Shown piece after piece: positions 22,037-35,802 of a stretch of 64,000 nucleotides of DNA; position 1 is the first letter of the stretch, and each line of letters starts with the position of its first letter. Below the pieces are notes generated by a model, which saw only the letters and a program-made list of their open reading frames with translations, had not been told where the DNA came from and did no database searches. The position numbers were made by a program, and so were the translations under genes. Location: assembly GCF_006345805.1 (NCBI RefSeq), contig NW_021832226.1:558001-622000 (forward strand), given 5' to 3'. Origin of the DNA: Octopus sinensis (lineage: Eukaryota).

Positions 22037-25000
22037 ATGGAACGTCCTTTGAATTATGAAAGTGCTTCAGTAGAGAATGAAATAAACCGTCTTGAGAGAA
22101 CAATTAATGATTTGAGAGCTCAGCAAAACTCAATTCGAAAAGTATAAATAAATTATTTAAGTAACCTTACTTTCTGGGCAAATGCAATTAATAATACAAA
22201 TCAGGTTACTAGGAGATTTATAATTATGTGAAATTTGACATATTACTCAAATTCGCTTAGAAACAGTTGCTAATTTTTTTATGGCTCGTTAAAAATTAAT
22301 TTTCTTAGACAACCATGTCAAGGAATACTAGTCCATATAACTGGGAGTTGAGAGAAAGACTGGAAGACGAGCATGCTCACTATCAACGTAAACTAGATGC
22401 GTATCAGAGAGCTCAACAAAACCAGTCAGAACTAGTTCAGCGACTGCAAGCCAAACTTATTCAATACAAGAAAAGATCAGCAGAAATGGAAGAAAGAGTG
22501 AGAGATATGGAACAGGACAGTAGTCGATATCGTCAACAAGTATATTATTTATTTACAGCATCCAAATCAGTTATATGAGGCAACAACACAGCTAAACCAG
22601 CGTCTTGAACTTGAAGACATTTCTGAAGATGAAATAAAGTAATTATATCACTTTAAACTTTCAAGGGACTCTCAAATGAAAAAAATGAATGTTAGGCTAA
22701 AAAATCAACTCAGTGAAACCGACTCGAAAAATAAAAGACTTGAAGAAGAATTGGAAGCTTTAAAGTTACAAAATAAAGAACTCAAGACAGAACTAATCTC
22801 AGTGAAAGACAATGGAACGAGAGCTGCCGGGTAATGTGACTTGAATAATCTAGTCAATGGACGAATTCTGCATACAACAACACGAAAATGCTCTTAGAAC
22901 TTGGAAAAAAGTTTCCGAGCTGAAACAGGAACTGTCATCTACGAGGAATGATATCGAAAAGAACATTTCTCTTGGGAAAACTCAAATAGCTACCACCGTC
23001 TCTAATATGACTCGATTTTGTGATTCGCTTACAAAATCAATAAAGTCCGCCGGAAAAGTAATTGAACAAAAATTATTCTGACAGAAAGAAAAAGAAAATT
23101 CCGTAGAAATAGTTTCATTGAATGCCAAAGTTCGAGAGTTGCGGAGAGAAGTGGGTTATAGTGAAGAAAAGTGCATTTGAAATTAATGTACATAGATATT
23201 CCACGTTAAGCGAAAAGTGCAATTCGGTTTCACTTGAAGCACATGGGAAGGATCGGGAAATAATTTATTTAAAAGAACAGATCAATCAAATGAAAGCCGA
23301 ACAAGCGAATAGTGAGAAGTTCTATCGAGCTGAAAGGGAAAATGCAGAAAGGCTTCAACATTCAATCAGAATTATTGCTGATGTTATTTTTTTATTGATT
23401 TTTAGGCGGTTTTAAAAGACGACGGAGATTTTGAATTGCCATCATACGAGAACAAGCCGACTGACCCAACCTACTCGGCCATTTTGGCAGCCTTCTCAAA
23501 GAAAATAAATGATGTTATAGAAACTCAATATATTTTTATAGAACCAAAACTTAAAAACACGGTTGTCTGGTCTAAACGATAGAAATGAGTCTCTGGGAAA
23601 TAAACTAAACGAATCTTTAAACAAGGACAGGACCATGCAACGAAAAATAACAGATCTTTGTACAGAAATTGAAACTTTGTATTCTATGTAATGTCATTAA
23701 TATAGAAAACGAGAAAGAGAATGTTATTCAAATGATAAATGTAAAGCGCAGAGTCAGTTGAGCCAGAAAGACAGTGAATATGCACAACTGGAAATTTTAA
23801 AGAAAAATTTAAACGAAAGAATTGACGGCCTTACGTCAGAAGTGGAACATTTTCAAAAAGTAAATAACGAGCTTCAAAAAACTCATAACGTTATCGAAAT
23901 CGAACTGAGCGACACACTACGTAATTTGTATCGACACTCCAACGAAAACGAAAGATGGTGGTCTTTATATTTTTAGTTTTCGCAGTCACCAAATGATTGA
24001 AAAATTAGAGCAAAAAAATACAAATTTAAGAGAAGAGTTAATGCGAATCAAAGAATCTTCATATAAACAGAATATAGAATTCCAAGTAACTACTGAACAA
24101 AACGTATAACTTTTATATAATTTAATCAGAATCTACTTTCCTCAAGCCTTGAGCGAGCAGAAATAGAAAAAATTTCTGCCGAGAGTGATTTGAGAAAGAT
24201 TCGATATGATTTGCTCAGCTTAAGGGAAAATCTTTCCGATAAAGAACAAGTTATTGAAAACCTTACTCGAGACGTCCAAAACTTCAATTCATTGAAAAAT
24301 AAGGTTTAAAAATAACTTCAAATTGCAAAGATCGAACAAGAAAATAACCATCTTTCATCAGACAAAAGCCGACTTGAAAACGAAAATTATAATTTGCAAG
24401 AGAATATGAGAGCAGTGGAAAAAGAACGTAGTGACATTGAAGTCGAATTTAACAGTAAGTGAAGCTAGTGACTTTGAAGTGTGTAAAAGACATTCTAATC
24501 AACTTATCGAAGACAAAGAGCGGCTAGAAGAAGAACTACTAAATATAATGGAAGACAGGGGAGAACTAATTGAACAGTGCAGAAATGTATGAACACGATT
24601 TAAAAAAATAGGACGCCAATGAAAAACATTTATTGAATGAAACAGTTTCTAACATTCGGAGAGAATTGTCGAGACTTCAGGAATCTACCACACGTCTCAC
24701 TAAAGACAAAGAACAGCTTACAAAAGCGAAGGGAAGTCTTTCGGAAGAACTCAAATCAAGTGGGAAAGAAATCCAAAATTTGCAAGAAGTTGGTCTCATC
24801 TCCATATATTTTAGACATTAAATGAACTGCGGACAGAAAAAGCCGAACTTGAAGGAAATCTGTACGAACTCCAACAAAAAATGTCATCCTTGGATTCCAA
24901 AAAAGACCAAATCGAAAGGGAAAATAAAGAATTGGTTATACGGAAAGAAAAATTAATCAGTTGAGTTCCGACAAAATTGATTTAGACGAACTTGAAAAAA

Positions 25001-28000
25001 GTAGAGAAGAGAACGAGCAAATGGCTGAGAGCAACAGACAATCACTTGAAGAATTAAAACAAAATTCAAAGGAAAGTGAGAATAAATTGACCCAGTCTCT
25101 GCAAAAAGAAAAACAACTGCGACAAGAAGATGAGTGTCGTTTTATTCAAGAAAAAGTAAATTCAAAGTTTAAGATAATAGGAAAATTTCAAAAAAGAGTT
25201 TGATGAACGAATCCAGCAACTTTCGTTGACCAATTCGCAGGAAATATCAGAAGTGATCCAGACCAACTCCAACAAAATTGAGGAGCTAAAAAATGAATTA
25301 CAAAACACGGTCTTGGATAAGGAAAATATCAAGTTAGCCCTACAGGCAGAAAGAGACGAGGTATCATAAATATATTCTACTGAAAGATCAAATCTAATCT
25401 TAATAACGAAATTAGTTCTCTTCAGGAAAAGTTGACGTATGCTAATGGAGAACTTGAACAATTTTCCGAAGACATTAATAGAGTCAAAAGAGATAGCCAA
25501 AATCGTCAGAATTACGACGATCAGAAAATTAAAGATTTAGAATCAAGTCTGCAGAAAACTGAGAACAAGCTTGAAGAAGCAAAGTAGGTCACAATTTATT
25601 AGAACCGCAGCTGTAAATACGAGGAAACTCAGAAAACTCTTGAAAATTCAATATCTACCCTTTCCTCTGAAAAGCAAGCTTTGGAGGTGGAGGTGGCAAC
25701 AAATAATTCTCGAATTGCTGAGCTAAATCAAGATAATTGTGACTTAAAATCAGAAATTGATTTGTTACAAGGACGAGTGAATAAAGTAGAGGAAGAAGCA
25801 TCCAGTCTTATTAGAGATAACTCAGAACTAAAAAGTATGTTTTAATTATTTGTTTTAAAAGACCGACTCGATAGTGAAAAGCGGGAAATTGACGTCTCTC
25901 GTCGTGCTGTTAATGAACTTAGGGGATGTATTCAGGGTTTGGAGTCAGACAAGTCTGACCTGGTCTGTCAACTACAAGAGGCAAAATCCCAAATAAACGG
26001 TATCCATGCTAGAACTATTTCAGATTTTGATGACAATTTGAATCATTCTTTAAGGCAAATTGACGAATTGCGAAGAACGGTGAGATCGTTGGAAAACAGT
26101 CGCAATGAAATCCAACAAGAGTATGAAGCCATGGAAAAAGAGATGGGTGAACAAAATCAAGAGCGGAATAACCTAGTGAAACAAATCACCGATCTTAACT
26201 TCAAGCTGACTACTAATCAAGAACAAAATGAAGAACTCAATAAAGAAATATATAACAAAAATAATAAAGTTATCAAAAGTCTAAAATATCTAACAGATTG
26301 AGGAAATGGATGTAAAAGTCAGTTCTCTAAACAAGGAAATCGCATTACTCCAACGAAGGTTAGGGGAATTGGATGGAGTCCTAAAGAAGAGTAATGAGGA
26401 ATTCGAACGAGCAGTTGACGAATTTTCAAGAAAAGAGCAAGGATTTGTCGACGAAAAGGAATCTTTCGAATCAACAATATATTCTCTGAATGAAGAGATC
26501 AACAATCTCCAGTCAGCCTTGAGCACAAATGAAGGACGAATTGACTATCTCGACCGTCAACTCGAGCGTAGCAATGCTGGAAGGAATGAAACGGAACATA
26601 AACTAGAAACAATTTGCACTGAAATTCGACTTTGCCTGGGAACAGAAAATACTCAACGCAGAACAAGATCACGCTCAACATCAAAAAGTTCCCGTCATCG
26701 AGATGGGAGTCCTTCATTAACCACTAACGAAGTCGATCCTTCATTTTTCTGTGCCGCTATAAGATCAGCAGCTGAAAAGATGTCGAAGACCGACAAAGAA
26801 CGAGTATAATCATTAGTTTACTTTCAGCTTGAATTAATAGAACAGGCAAAATATGTCAATTCATGTCTTAAAGACGCAGAAGATCAGAGAATAAACATTG
26901 AATCTCGTCTAGCAAAACTACAAAGGACTTTATCTGATATTTATAAAGGCAGATGATCGTATAATCAGTCTAGCAGAGAAGAGCAAAGTGGAACGTGGAC
27001 TGGAAGACGCTCAGGTCACAATTTCAACCCAAGAGGATGCCTTAAGATTAAATCAAAAACAACTTAGAATATATAAAAATCAGCTTTCGGAGCAAGAGTC
27101 GAATTTTAAACAAGGAGAACAGGAAAATCGAATGCTTATGGTTTTTATATTTATAAACTGCTTATTTAAAGGAAAAACTCCAAAATCTACAAGAAAATGA
27201 AGCACGGGCTAGCAAAGACTGTCACAATCTGCGGGAGAGAATGGAATCTTCACTTGGTAAAAACAATCAAATGAAGGAAACGCTTCATAAAACCGAAGAC
27301 AATCTAAAGCGCTCCAAACTATGTTTAAACAAGAAGGAAGAAGAAATTATGGTATTTTCATCAAAATGATAACAATCTAGGACTTAAAGAAAAATTTGGA
27401 ACATCAAAAAAAGAGGGTTCAAAAATTAGAAGAACGAAACAATGATTTGCAGACCACAGTAGATCGATTGAGTGTCAGTCTTTCCAAGCTTGAAGAAGAA
27501 AATTCGATATATAAGGACAAAGTATAATAAATATTTTTATTATTGAAGAGTGCCAAATTGACAATGTCAAACAGTGAATGTGAAGTCAAACTTAAATGTC
27601 TTCAGGATCGAATGTCGAATTTACAAAAAACAGTCCTCGATAATGAGAAAACGCGACAAAATCTGCAACAGAAAATGGAAAATACAAAGCAATATTACTT
27701 ATAACATATAGTAAGGTCTGCTATGGCGGAAGTGAGGAGAGAAAACTCTCGTTTGGCTAAAAACATAAATTTGAAAACAGCCAATCTCAACAACGCGGAA
27801 TGCAAAATTTCAGATTTGGAAAATCAACTCCAAGGACTAGGAACGACTATAATATCGCATGAATGCTATGAAAAAGAAATTAAATTGATGTTGCAGGATA
27901 TACAGGAAGCAAAGGATCAACTTCAAGACCGAGTTCAGAATTTACAACAGGCTTTGTCTATAGTAGAAGAAGAAAAAAGACAACTCGAAATAAGTAATAA

Positions 28001-28516
28001 GCGTGCTTCTAAAGAGCGGACAACTCTTCGCAATAACATTGACGCGGTGTGGATTTATGATTTAGCAAATGGTAGATTGAAAGGGAGAAACTCCAAACGG
28101 AGGAAGCATTGCAAAGGACGAACGGAATGCAGTCTAATTATTCTCGGACTTTGGAACGATTGGAGAGAGAAAACCGTCGCTTGCAAGAAAAAGCAAATAG
28201 TCTACAACTCCAACTTGACAACGTGGAGGCCAAACATTCGAAAAGAATGGTGGATTTTGTGCAAAGACATCGTCAAGACACTGACCAGGAGTTAAAAAAA
28301 TTACTCAAAGCTCAGTCCAAAGCAGAAAAACTTTTAGACACAAGGGACCGAGTTTATAAACAAAGAGTGTCTGGTCTTCAAGAACAAGTGACGATTCATT
28401 CTTCAATTATTTTGCAGGTAGGTGTACTTAAAAATGAACTGGAACGTGAAATTCGAAGAAAGCAGTCTGTGGAAAGACAGCGAGAGACAAGTTCTACTCG
28501 TCGATTGCGTAACTGA
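22037..28516 (+). CDS. CROCC: Rootletin (ciliary rootlet coiled-coil protein), roughly 30 micro-introns; first exon tentative
   Basis: RERLEDEHAHYQRKLDAYQRAQQNQSELVQRLQAKLIQYKKRSAEME and SERQWNESCR|SMDEFCIQQHENALRTWKKV match the rootletin N-terminal domain. Continuous E/K/Q/L coiled-coil exons; C-terminal RDRVYKQRVSGLQEQV. Confidence 0.9.
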
Positions 28517-28629
28517 AAGATTAGTAAATGAACGCATTTTGCATTCATTAGTCTATTTAATAACATACTACTAATAATGATTTTTTTCATGACAATAAAC
28601 TTTATCAAAAACTGCCTTATGGGCAATAT

Positions 28630-29400
28630 ATCTATGGAACGAGGTTAGGAAATAATCCGAGAAAAATTCTTATCCGATCTTGATTTACCGACTTCTGGTC
28701 GTAAATTACGAGATTTTTAATTCAAGTTGGTCGTTAGGCACTGTATGCTTGATTCCAAAACCTGGGAAAAATAAAGCAGTTAATTACGGACCGATTAATT
28801 TTATCGGCACATTATCCAGAATAATGAAAAGAATTGTGTAAAATAAATTGTCTAGTCAATTTTTTTCACCAACAGTGGAATTTTTAATCAAAAAGATTAT
28901 GTACGAATTTCCCCTTTAACTCAATCATGGGATTGTCATGAACAGGTCTACACCATTCACTGCTATTTGTTTAGATATCACGAAAACATTTGGCACTGTA
29001 TGGTATTTGAAACTTTAACAGAGCCGGCAAGTCGAAGTTGGATCTAGCATCTTTTAATTGGATCAAAACTTCTTTAAGAGATAAAACTCTTACATCAGAT
29101 ACGGGAACAATGTATCAAAGAATCTGTCACTGAAGAGAAAGATCTCATGGGGATCTCCGTTGAGTCCCCTGCTATTTAAAATTTACGTGGCGGATATTCT
29201 GAAACCAGCTCACATGAATGCTGTTTAAATATCTACACTGCTGTTTAATAATGGATAGATCATGGCATCTTGCACAGCGCAGATTGATCGAAATTGTCGA
29301 TGAAATGCTGGTTCTTAGCAAAAAGCATAAAACAATATATTTTGAGAAATTATAAATAGACCAAGTAAAATTCTGTCAAAATGTAATCTAACATATCCCT
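28630..29400 (+). mobile_element. Decayed APE-LINE RT remnant
   Basis: PKPGK..NYGPI, VCLDITKTFGTVW; many stops. Confidence 0.55.
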
Positions 29401-29422
29401 AGCTATTTTAATAGTTATTTAG

Positions 29423-30614
29423 TGTCACCTCCCAGACCAGCCTGCCACCAATTATCTAAAACAAAACAAATATTTTTCCTATAAAAAAATTTATTGCAAA
29501 AATATTGATAATAAAAAAATAAAATCTTATTAATAAAAAATTTCTAAAAAGTTAAAAGATTATCATTAATCAATGTTTTTAGCTGAATTAAATCGAGACA
29601 CCCTCTAAAAAATTAGGGAGTATTTGGGGTCAGGCCACCTTTATGATTCCTTGAGTTCGGGGGAGAAGGGCAAGAATACGAAGATATGCCAAAAATTTAG
29701 TTTCAAGGAGAACAACACCTATATTACTAAAAATGACTCAAAGTTGCGTTTTTTGTATCGAAGACGCTGTAGTTAAGTTAAAATTCATTGAAGTAGTATA
29801 TTTGTTTATTTAAATAAGGCTCAACACAATCTTTATCACTTTGGACTTGATAGATTGTACATTTTATTGACACTCACCATTTATGTTCCTAGACGTACTG
29901 ATGTGGAAACGATTGCTCCTGTCTAAACCAGTAATAACACCTATTATTGCTTCTTCCTCAAGGGAACGATACCTTGTAGATCTTATCTATTTAAAACGCT
30001 ATTCAACCCGAAATGAAAAATTTTCGTGGGTAATTTAGTAATCTAAATAATAGATTATTGTTTTATTGGATTCCTTTTCAAAATTTGCTATGGCAGAATG
30101 TGCTTTTACCAAATCAGCTAAAGAGATGCGCAGAATCCTAGATGACATGTTTTGTATTATTGGGGGCCACTTATTCTCCATGCTGATAATGGCAAGGAGT
30201 TTAGAAATTCTGAAATAAAACAGCTTTGTGAAGAATACTCATGCGAAAAAGAAAAATAATCCTTGCAAATATTTTAAAATCTGGAGAAAATATGAAAAAG
30301 TGGAGAAAATGGAAATATGAAGTTGTATGTGGCGATGAAGTTTTAATACGCTATAATGGGGATGCAAACCCGGGTTATAGAAAATATCCATTATACGATG
30401 AGTTATCTGCACAAAAGTATATTGTGAAAGATAGGAATCGAGACCATGTAACGATATTTAATGAAGAGGATAAAAAATGGTTTCTAATAAACTTAATAAC
30501 TTCAAAATTTTGGCTGAAATAGTGTTAAAATCAACAAAGTAATAAACAAAAAAAGAAAATAACTTCAGAAAGGTAATTTGTATTAAAAATTTTAAACGTA
30601 CTTGGACGATGACA
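29423..30614 (+). mobile_element. Ginger-like DNA transposon (rve integrase remnant), TGT...ACA ends, TSD TTTAG/TTTTG
   Basis: TGTCACC start and GATGACA end; LVDLIYLKRYS, IDCF, ILHADNGKEFRNSEIKQLCEE; homologous to 35803-37005. Confidence 0.75.
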
Positions 30615-30659
30615 TTTTGTTTCCGTTTTTGTAATTTGTAGCATTTTGTTACATTAACT

Positions 30660-31000
30660 TCACCCTCTTAGGGCCTACGTTCAGTGCACAGATGGGGAGA
30701 TTTATTTCAACGCGCAGTCTAGACTCAGAGGCTACCTCCTCAACAGGCTACATGCTCTCTAAAGTCTTTCGCAACACCAGTGTCTGGATATCACCCTGTC
30801 CTCTACTCTGAGCGCCTCCAAATGGTTTTTGAAGAATTTTTACACAATTCCGTCCCAGGTCATAACAAATGGACGATTTTCACTTTCCCCCCGGTGGATT
30901 GCAACCAGTTCATTTCTGGAACTTCTTCAGGTTGTATGTGTGAAACTTCTCCACTCGAATCTACTTAAGACAATTTTTTGAAGTGATCACCACTTCGATA
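30660..31000 (-). mobile_element. R4-like REL 3' fragment (near-copy at 31955-32200)
   Basis: Shares ..cgttcagtgcac.gatggg.. and tccgtcccaggtcat with 31955-32200. Confidence 0.6.
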
Positions 31001-31954
31001 AGTGTAATTGTTTTGCTCAATTCGTCGTTTGTTATTCTGGATAGCATTATCCGTCGGAAACTGAGATTTCCACAAATTAGTTGGTGTTAAAAATTTGATT
31101 CAATGGGTTTTTAATTTGTTCGACTTTTTTATCGCATATTAACGACATAAAATAGAGGCAGTCACTTGACAACCTCGTTATGGCGTCTGAGATAGTGGCC
31201 GTTAAGCACTCAATCACTTCTAACATTGTGATCAACAGTTATTTTGGATGAGCTACGGTGGCTCCATTTATTCTCCAATATTGAAAAATAAGCTTTGGTC
31301 TAGCAGAGAGTACAGGGTTGCTTCATGCCCGGAAAAATTGTTTCCGTGGATTAGCCAAGATTCATTAACATCAAATTCAAAATTCTTTAGGAATTGGAAC
31401 AAAATAAAGTGCAAGGGTTTTTTTCGACTTTTTCTATACATATTCACGTTGGATTTTTACCAGATTCGCTATTGTCAATTCATTTACATTTCCAGTATTT
31501 TATTTTCAAGATAAAAATTCTGCGATAGTAGCAATATGTGTTTTCTTTGAATTAAATTGGATAGAAGGTGATTAATTCCGGTTTACAACCAATCTTCAGA
31601 CTTGCGATTTTTTCCACGATTTTGATCTCATCTCGGAGTAAAAATGCAATCCTCTAGAACTCTCTTTTTTAATTTGTTGAAGCCATAAGAGCACAAAGTG
31701 TCACACTGTTTGTCAGTGATTTTTTTCTTTATCATCATTTTGCTAATAGTTTAGACTTGCTCAAGCTATCTTTTAATTTTAGCAAGTTTTCCTTTCATTG
31801 ATTATTTCCTTTACTCTTAAGCCTTGTTTTGTTGTTAAGCCTTTAATGTGCGCACTGTCCTGCATAGATGATATCAAAAATAAATTATACTGAGATAATT
31901 AATAGTTATTCAGTCTCCGTTTTCGTTATTTGTAGTGTTTTGTTGCATCAACCT

Positions 31955-32950
31955 TATTCTCTTAGGCCCCACGTTCAGTGCACGGATGGGCAGATCTATG
32001 TCAACGCGCAGCCTAGATTCAGGGACTACCTCTTCAACAGGCATCGATAAAGCGCCTCCAGATTGTTTTTGAAGAATTTTGACACTATTCCGTCCCAGGT
32101 CATGACGACATGGATGATTCAGATCGCTCCCAGTTCATTCGCCAGCAAGTCGTATTTGTGGAATTTTTCCACTTCGACCTGCTTGAGACAATTTTGCGAA
32201 GGATAATATCGAAAATATAGTTGATATTTAATTTTAGCAGGAAGGCCAATATATTTTTTGATTGACGCGTTAATCCCATTTAAGATTTCTGTTTCAGCAA
32301 TTTTCTTGGGATTTTTCTGGCTTGGACAAGCTGAAGAGTCTAATTCATTTTACAATGTTTTCGTTGACCATTGAAAAATTCTTATCCTGCAAATATGAGA
32401 ATAACCCTTCTGATTGCGGAGAGTAATTCCTATAGTTCAGTCACGTTGATAATGCCGGGACGTCAATGTACGGGTTGTCCGGGCTGCTAAAAAGAGTCGT
32501 GTGAAGCACTTTCAAGTTGATCTTTTTTTATTAGCAATTTCCTTTGATGTTTGATCAACTCCTTCACATTAACTTGGGTAGCATCCAGACCATACTTAAA
32601 CGAGACGTAGCTTTTTATGGTCCCAAGTTGTGTACCACGCGCTTTTTAAACAGCAAGGATGGAAGCCTTCCTTTGGGATAAATTTGAACCACTCCACAAA
32701 GTTTCGTGCATCTTGGTAAAAATTCTCTCACATAAGCGGAAGATGTTATTTAGTCCACGTCCTAACTGCCTTTGAGACAAGTACAATCTCTTCTAGTTGG
32801 TTGCTAACACGTTGACGTGATTCTGCCGGAGTAATTTTCGGACGATAAGGTTCATTTCATCGTACTCACTCGGGTCGAGTTCAATCAGGCCAACGGAATA
32901 GTTTAGCAGAGAGATTGCATACTCGTTCAAAGCATGGAATACTGTCTGTT
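31955..32950 (-). mobile_element. R4-like retroelement remnant (post-RT to REL)
   Basis: VEVEKFHKYDLLANELG on the minus strand; similar to 56200-56800. Confidence 0.65.
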
Positions 32951-35198
32951 GAAAAAAAATTTCACTTGAAAGTGTATGTTTATTTAAATTTGTGTAACTT
33001 TTTTAAAAATTTTTAAGGAAGACCAAATTTAAAAACCTTTTATCTAAACAATTAAATTTTTATTTTCGTCACTGTCGGCAAAATTCAAAAGTAACAACAT
33101 ATTCCAAAAAATCTTTGTTTAAAGAACGTGACCGCAAGTATTTTAATACATAATTCGTTTTCCTTTTTTCTTATAGACTTCTAGAACTCTTTAGTTGAAG
33201 CTCAAAACTTATTTCTTTATTAGTTCACGAATGTGATTATTCAAATTTTTCATAATTTCGTGCTTTAACGTTTCCCTATCCAGTTTTCCCATTCCATGTA
33301 ATCGACTTTATATAAGCTCACAAATGCTCGATTGGATAGAGATCTTGACTTTGTATGGGTCAATTGATTGTTTAATCCCCTTTCTTTCATAAATTTGGTT
33401 GTGACCCTGTATGTCTTGAATCGTTCATAAATTAAAAGTCAATTAAAATCATTTCTCCTGCTGACTGATTTAAATTTAGTGTTAAGATTTGTAAATAATG
33501 TGCAGCCGTTATAATCCCATTAATAAAAATAAGCCTGCCTACTCTCTTAGACGAAATACAGTCCCAAGCTAAAAAACTTTCTTCCTCAAATTTTACCGTG
33601 AGTATAATGTTTGCTTAATTATATCTTTAACTGTGAAAATATCGAACATTATTTATTTTATTTGATTAAAATAACTCGAATTTTGTTTCATCGGAAAAAA
33701 TAATTTTGCTTAGATCTTCAGACAAGATCCCCAAATAATTTTCTCTTTACTGGTCGCAATAGCGGTTTTTTACACGGTTTTCGATTTTATAGTCCAACAG
33801 AATGCAAGCGTTGTTTATTGTTGATCGAGAAAGTCGTACAATGTGCTCAGATTCAATACAATTTGTAATTTCTTGTAAAGTGGAAAAATGATTTCTATCA
33901 TATTATTTCAATATTGCGTTATTAATCGTCTGAGTAAGCTTTTTTAGACAACCAGAACCCACTGCACGTGAAAAAAGGCGACTTGCAGTTGCCTTTGAGA
34001 CAAGCACAATCTTTTCTAGTTGGTTACTAACACGTTGACGTGATTCTGCCGGAGTACTTTTCGGACGTAAGGTTCATTTCATCGTACTCACTTGGGTCGA
34101 GTTCAATCAGGCCAACGGAATAGTTTAGCAGAGAGATTGCATACTCGTTCAAAGCATGGAATACTGTCTGTTGAAAAAAAATTTCACTTGAAAGTGTATG
34201 TTTATTTAAATTTGTGTAACTTTTTTAAAAATTTTTAAGGAAGACCAAATTTAAAATCCTTTTATCTAAACAATTAAATTTTTATTTTTGTCACTGTCGG
34301 CAAAATTCAAAAGTAACAACATATTCCAAAAAATCTTTGTTTAAAAAACGTGACCGCAAGTATTTTAATACATAATTCGTTGTCCTTTTTCCTTATAGAC
34401 TTCTAGAACTCTTTAGTTGAAGCTCAAAACTTATTTCTTTATTAGTTCACGAATGTGATTATTCAAATTTTTCATAATTTCGTGCTTTAACGTTTCCCTA
34501 TCCAGTCTTCCCATTCCACGTAATCGACTTTATATAAGCTCACAAATGCTCGATTGGATAGAGATCTTGACTTTGTATGGGTCAATTGATTGTTTAATCC
34601 CCTTTCTTTCATGAATTTGGTTGTGACCCTGTATGTCTTGAATCGTTCATAAATTAAAAGTCAATTAAAATCATTTCTCCTGCTGACTGATTTAAATTTA
34701 GTGTTAAGATTTGTAAATAATGTGCAGCCGTTATAATCCCATTAATAAAAATAAGCCTGCCTACTCTCTTAGACGAAATACAGTCCCAAGCTAAAAAACT
34801 TTCTTCCTCAAATTTTACCGTGAGTATAATGTTTGCTTAATTATATCTTTAACTGTGAAAATATCGAACATTATTTCTTTTATTTGATGAAAATAACTCG
34901 AATTTTGTTTCATCGGAAAAAATAATTTTGCTTAGATCTTCAGACAAGATCCCCAAATAATTTTCTCTTTACTGGTCGCAATAGCGGTTTTTTACACGGT
35001 TTTCGATTTTATAGTCCAGCAGAATGCAAGCGTTGTTTATTGTTGATCGAGAAAGTCGTAGAATGTGCTCAGATTCAATACAATTTGTAATTTCTTGTAA
35101 AGTGGAAAAATGATTTTTATCATATTATTTCAATATTGCGTTATTAATCGTCTGAGCAAGTTTTTTAGACAACCAGAACCCACTGCACGTGAAAAAAG
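32768..35198. repeat. Tandem duplication, period about 1.22 kb (32768-33977 and 33991-35198), containing an R4 fragment and a Tc1-like transposase remnant
   Basis: Near-identical units with scattered substitutions; minus strand SKIIFSDETKFELF (Tc1 DDE first Asp). Confidence 0.9.
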
Positions 35199-35199
35199 T

Positions 35200-35640
35200 A
35201 TTACTTTTGGTGCTCCTCCAAGACTTTGACTAGGTCATCACACACAGGGTGTTGGTCGGCGATTTGCAGTTGAGCTCCAGACCCCCGGCATTCATAAATC
35301 TTCCCAGAGGTTTGCCCATCGAGTAGAAAATGTCCGAAGACCGAGCGGACAGTTTAATGTCGTTTATCAGTATGAGATGGTTGCTGCTAAACACCTCCAT
35401 CATACTCGATCGAAATTTATTCATATCGGGCAGTGAGAATTCTAATCAGCGGTTCAAGGCAAAGGATAAACAGCAATGAAGACATGCTGTCGCCCTAAAT
35501 ATGCCGCTCTCTGACTTAACCCCGCCTATATTGCATTTGTTGTAGTGTAGATGCACATTCAGTTCCAACAAATTTGATAAATCACAAAGGCAAATTGAGT
35601 CTTCGCAGGCACTCAACTAGGAAGGCATGGTCAACAACGT
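35200..35640 (-). mobile_element. R4-like RT fragment
   Basis: NHLILINDIKLSARSS (R4 FxDDIKL region); similar to 56804-57480. Confidence 0.6.
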
Positions 35641-35802
35641 TATATATCGTCACATCTACCCACATCGACACTACAGTGCAACCCCTTATTGGGGCGACCC
35701 CGGACGGCACCCTCGGGTTTTGGGGCAATTTGAATTTCTATTAGGAGTTTTTCTGTTTATTCTTTATAAGATAAACCCCGTTATGGGGCATTTAATATTA
35801 TA

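Noticed and set aside
25162-28626. Minus-strand ORFs inside rootletin (25162, 26290, 26499, 28396)
   Set aside because: S/F/L-rich antisense shadows of coiled-coil exons.
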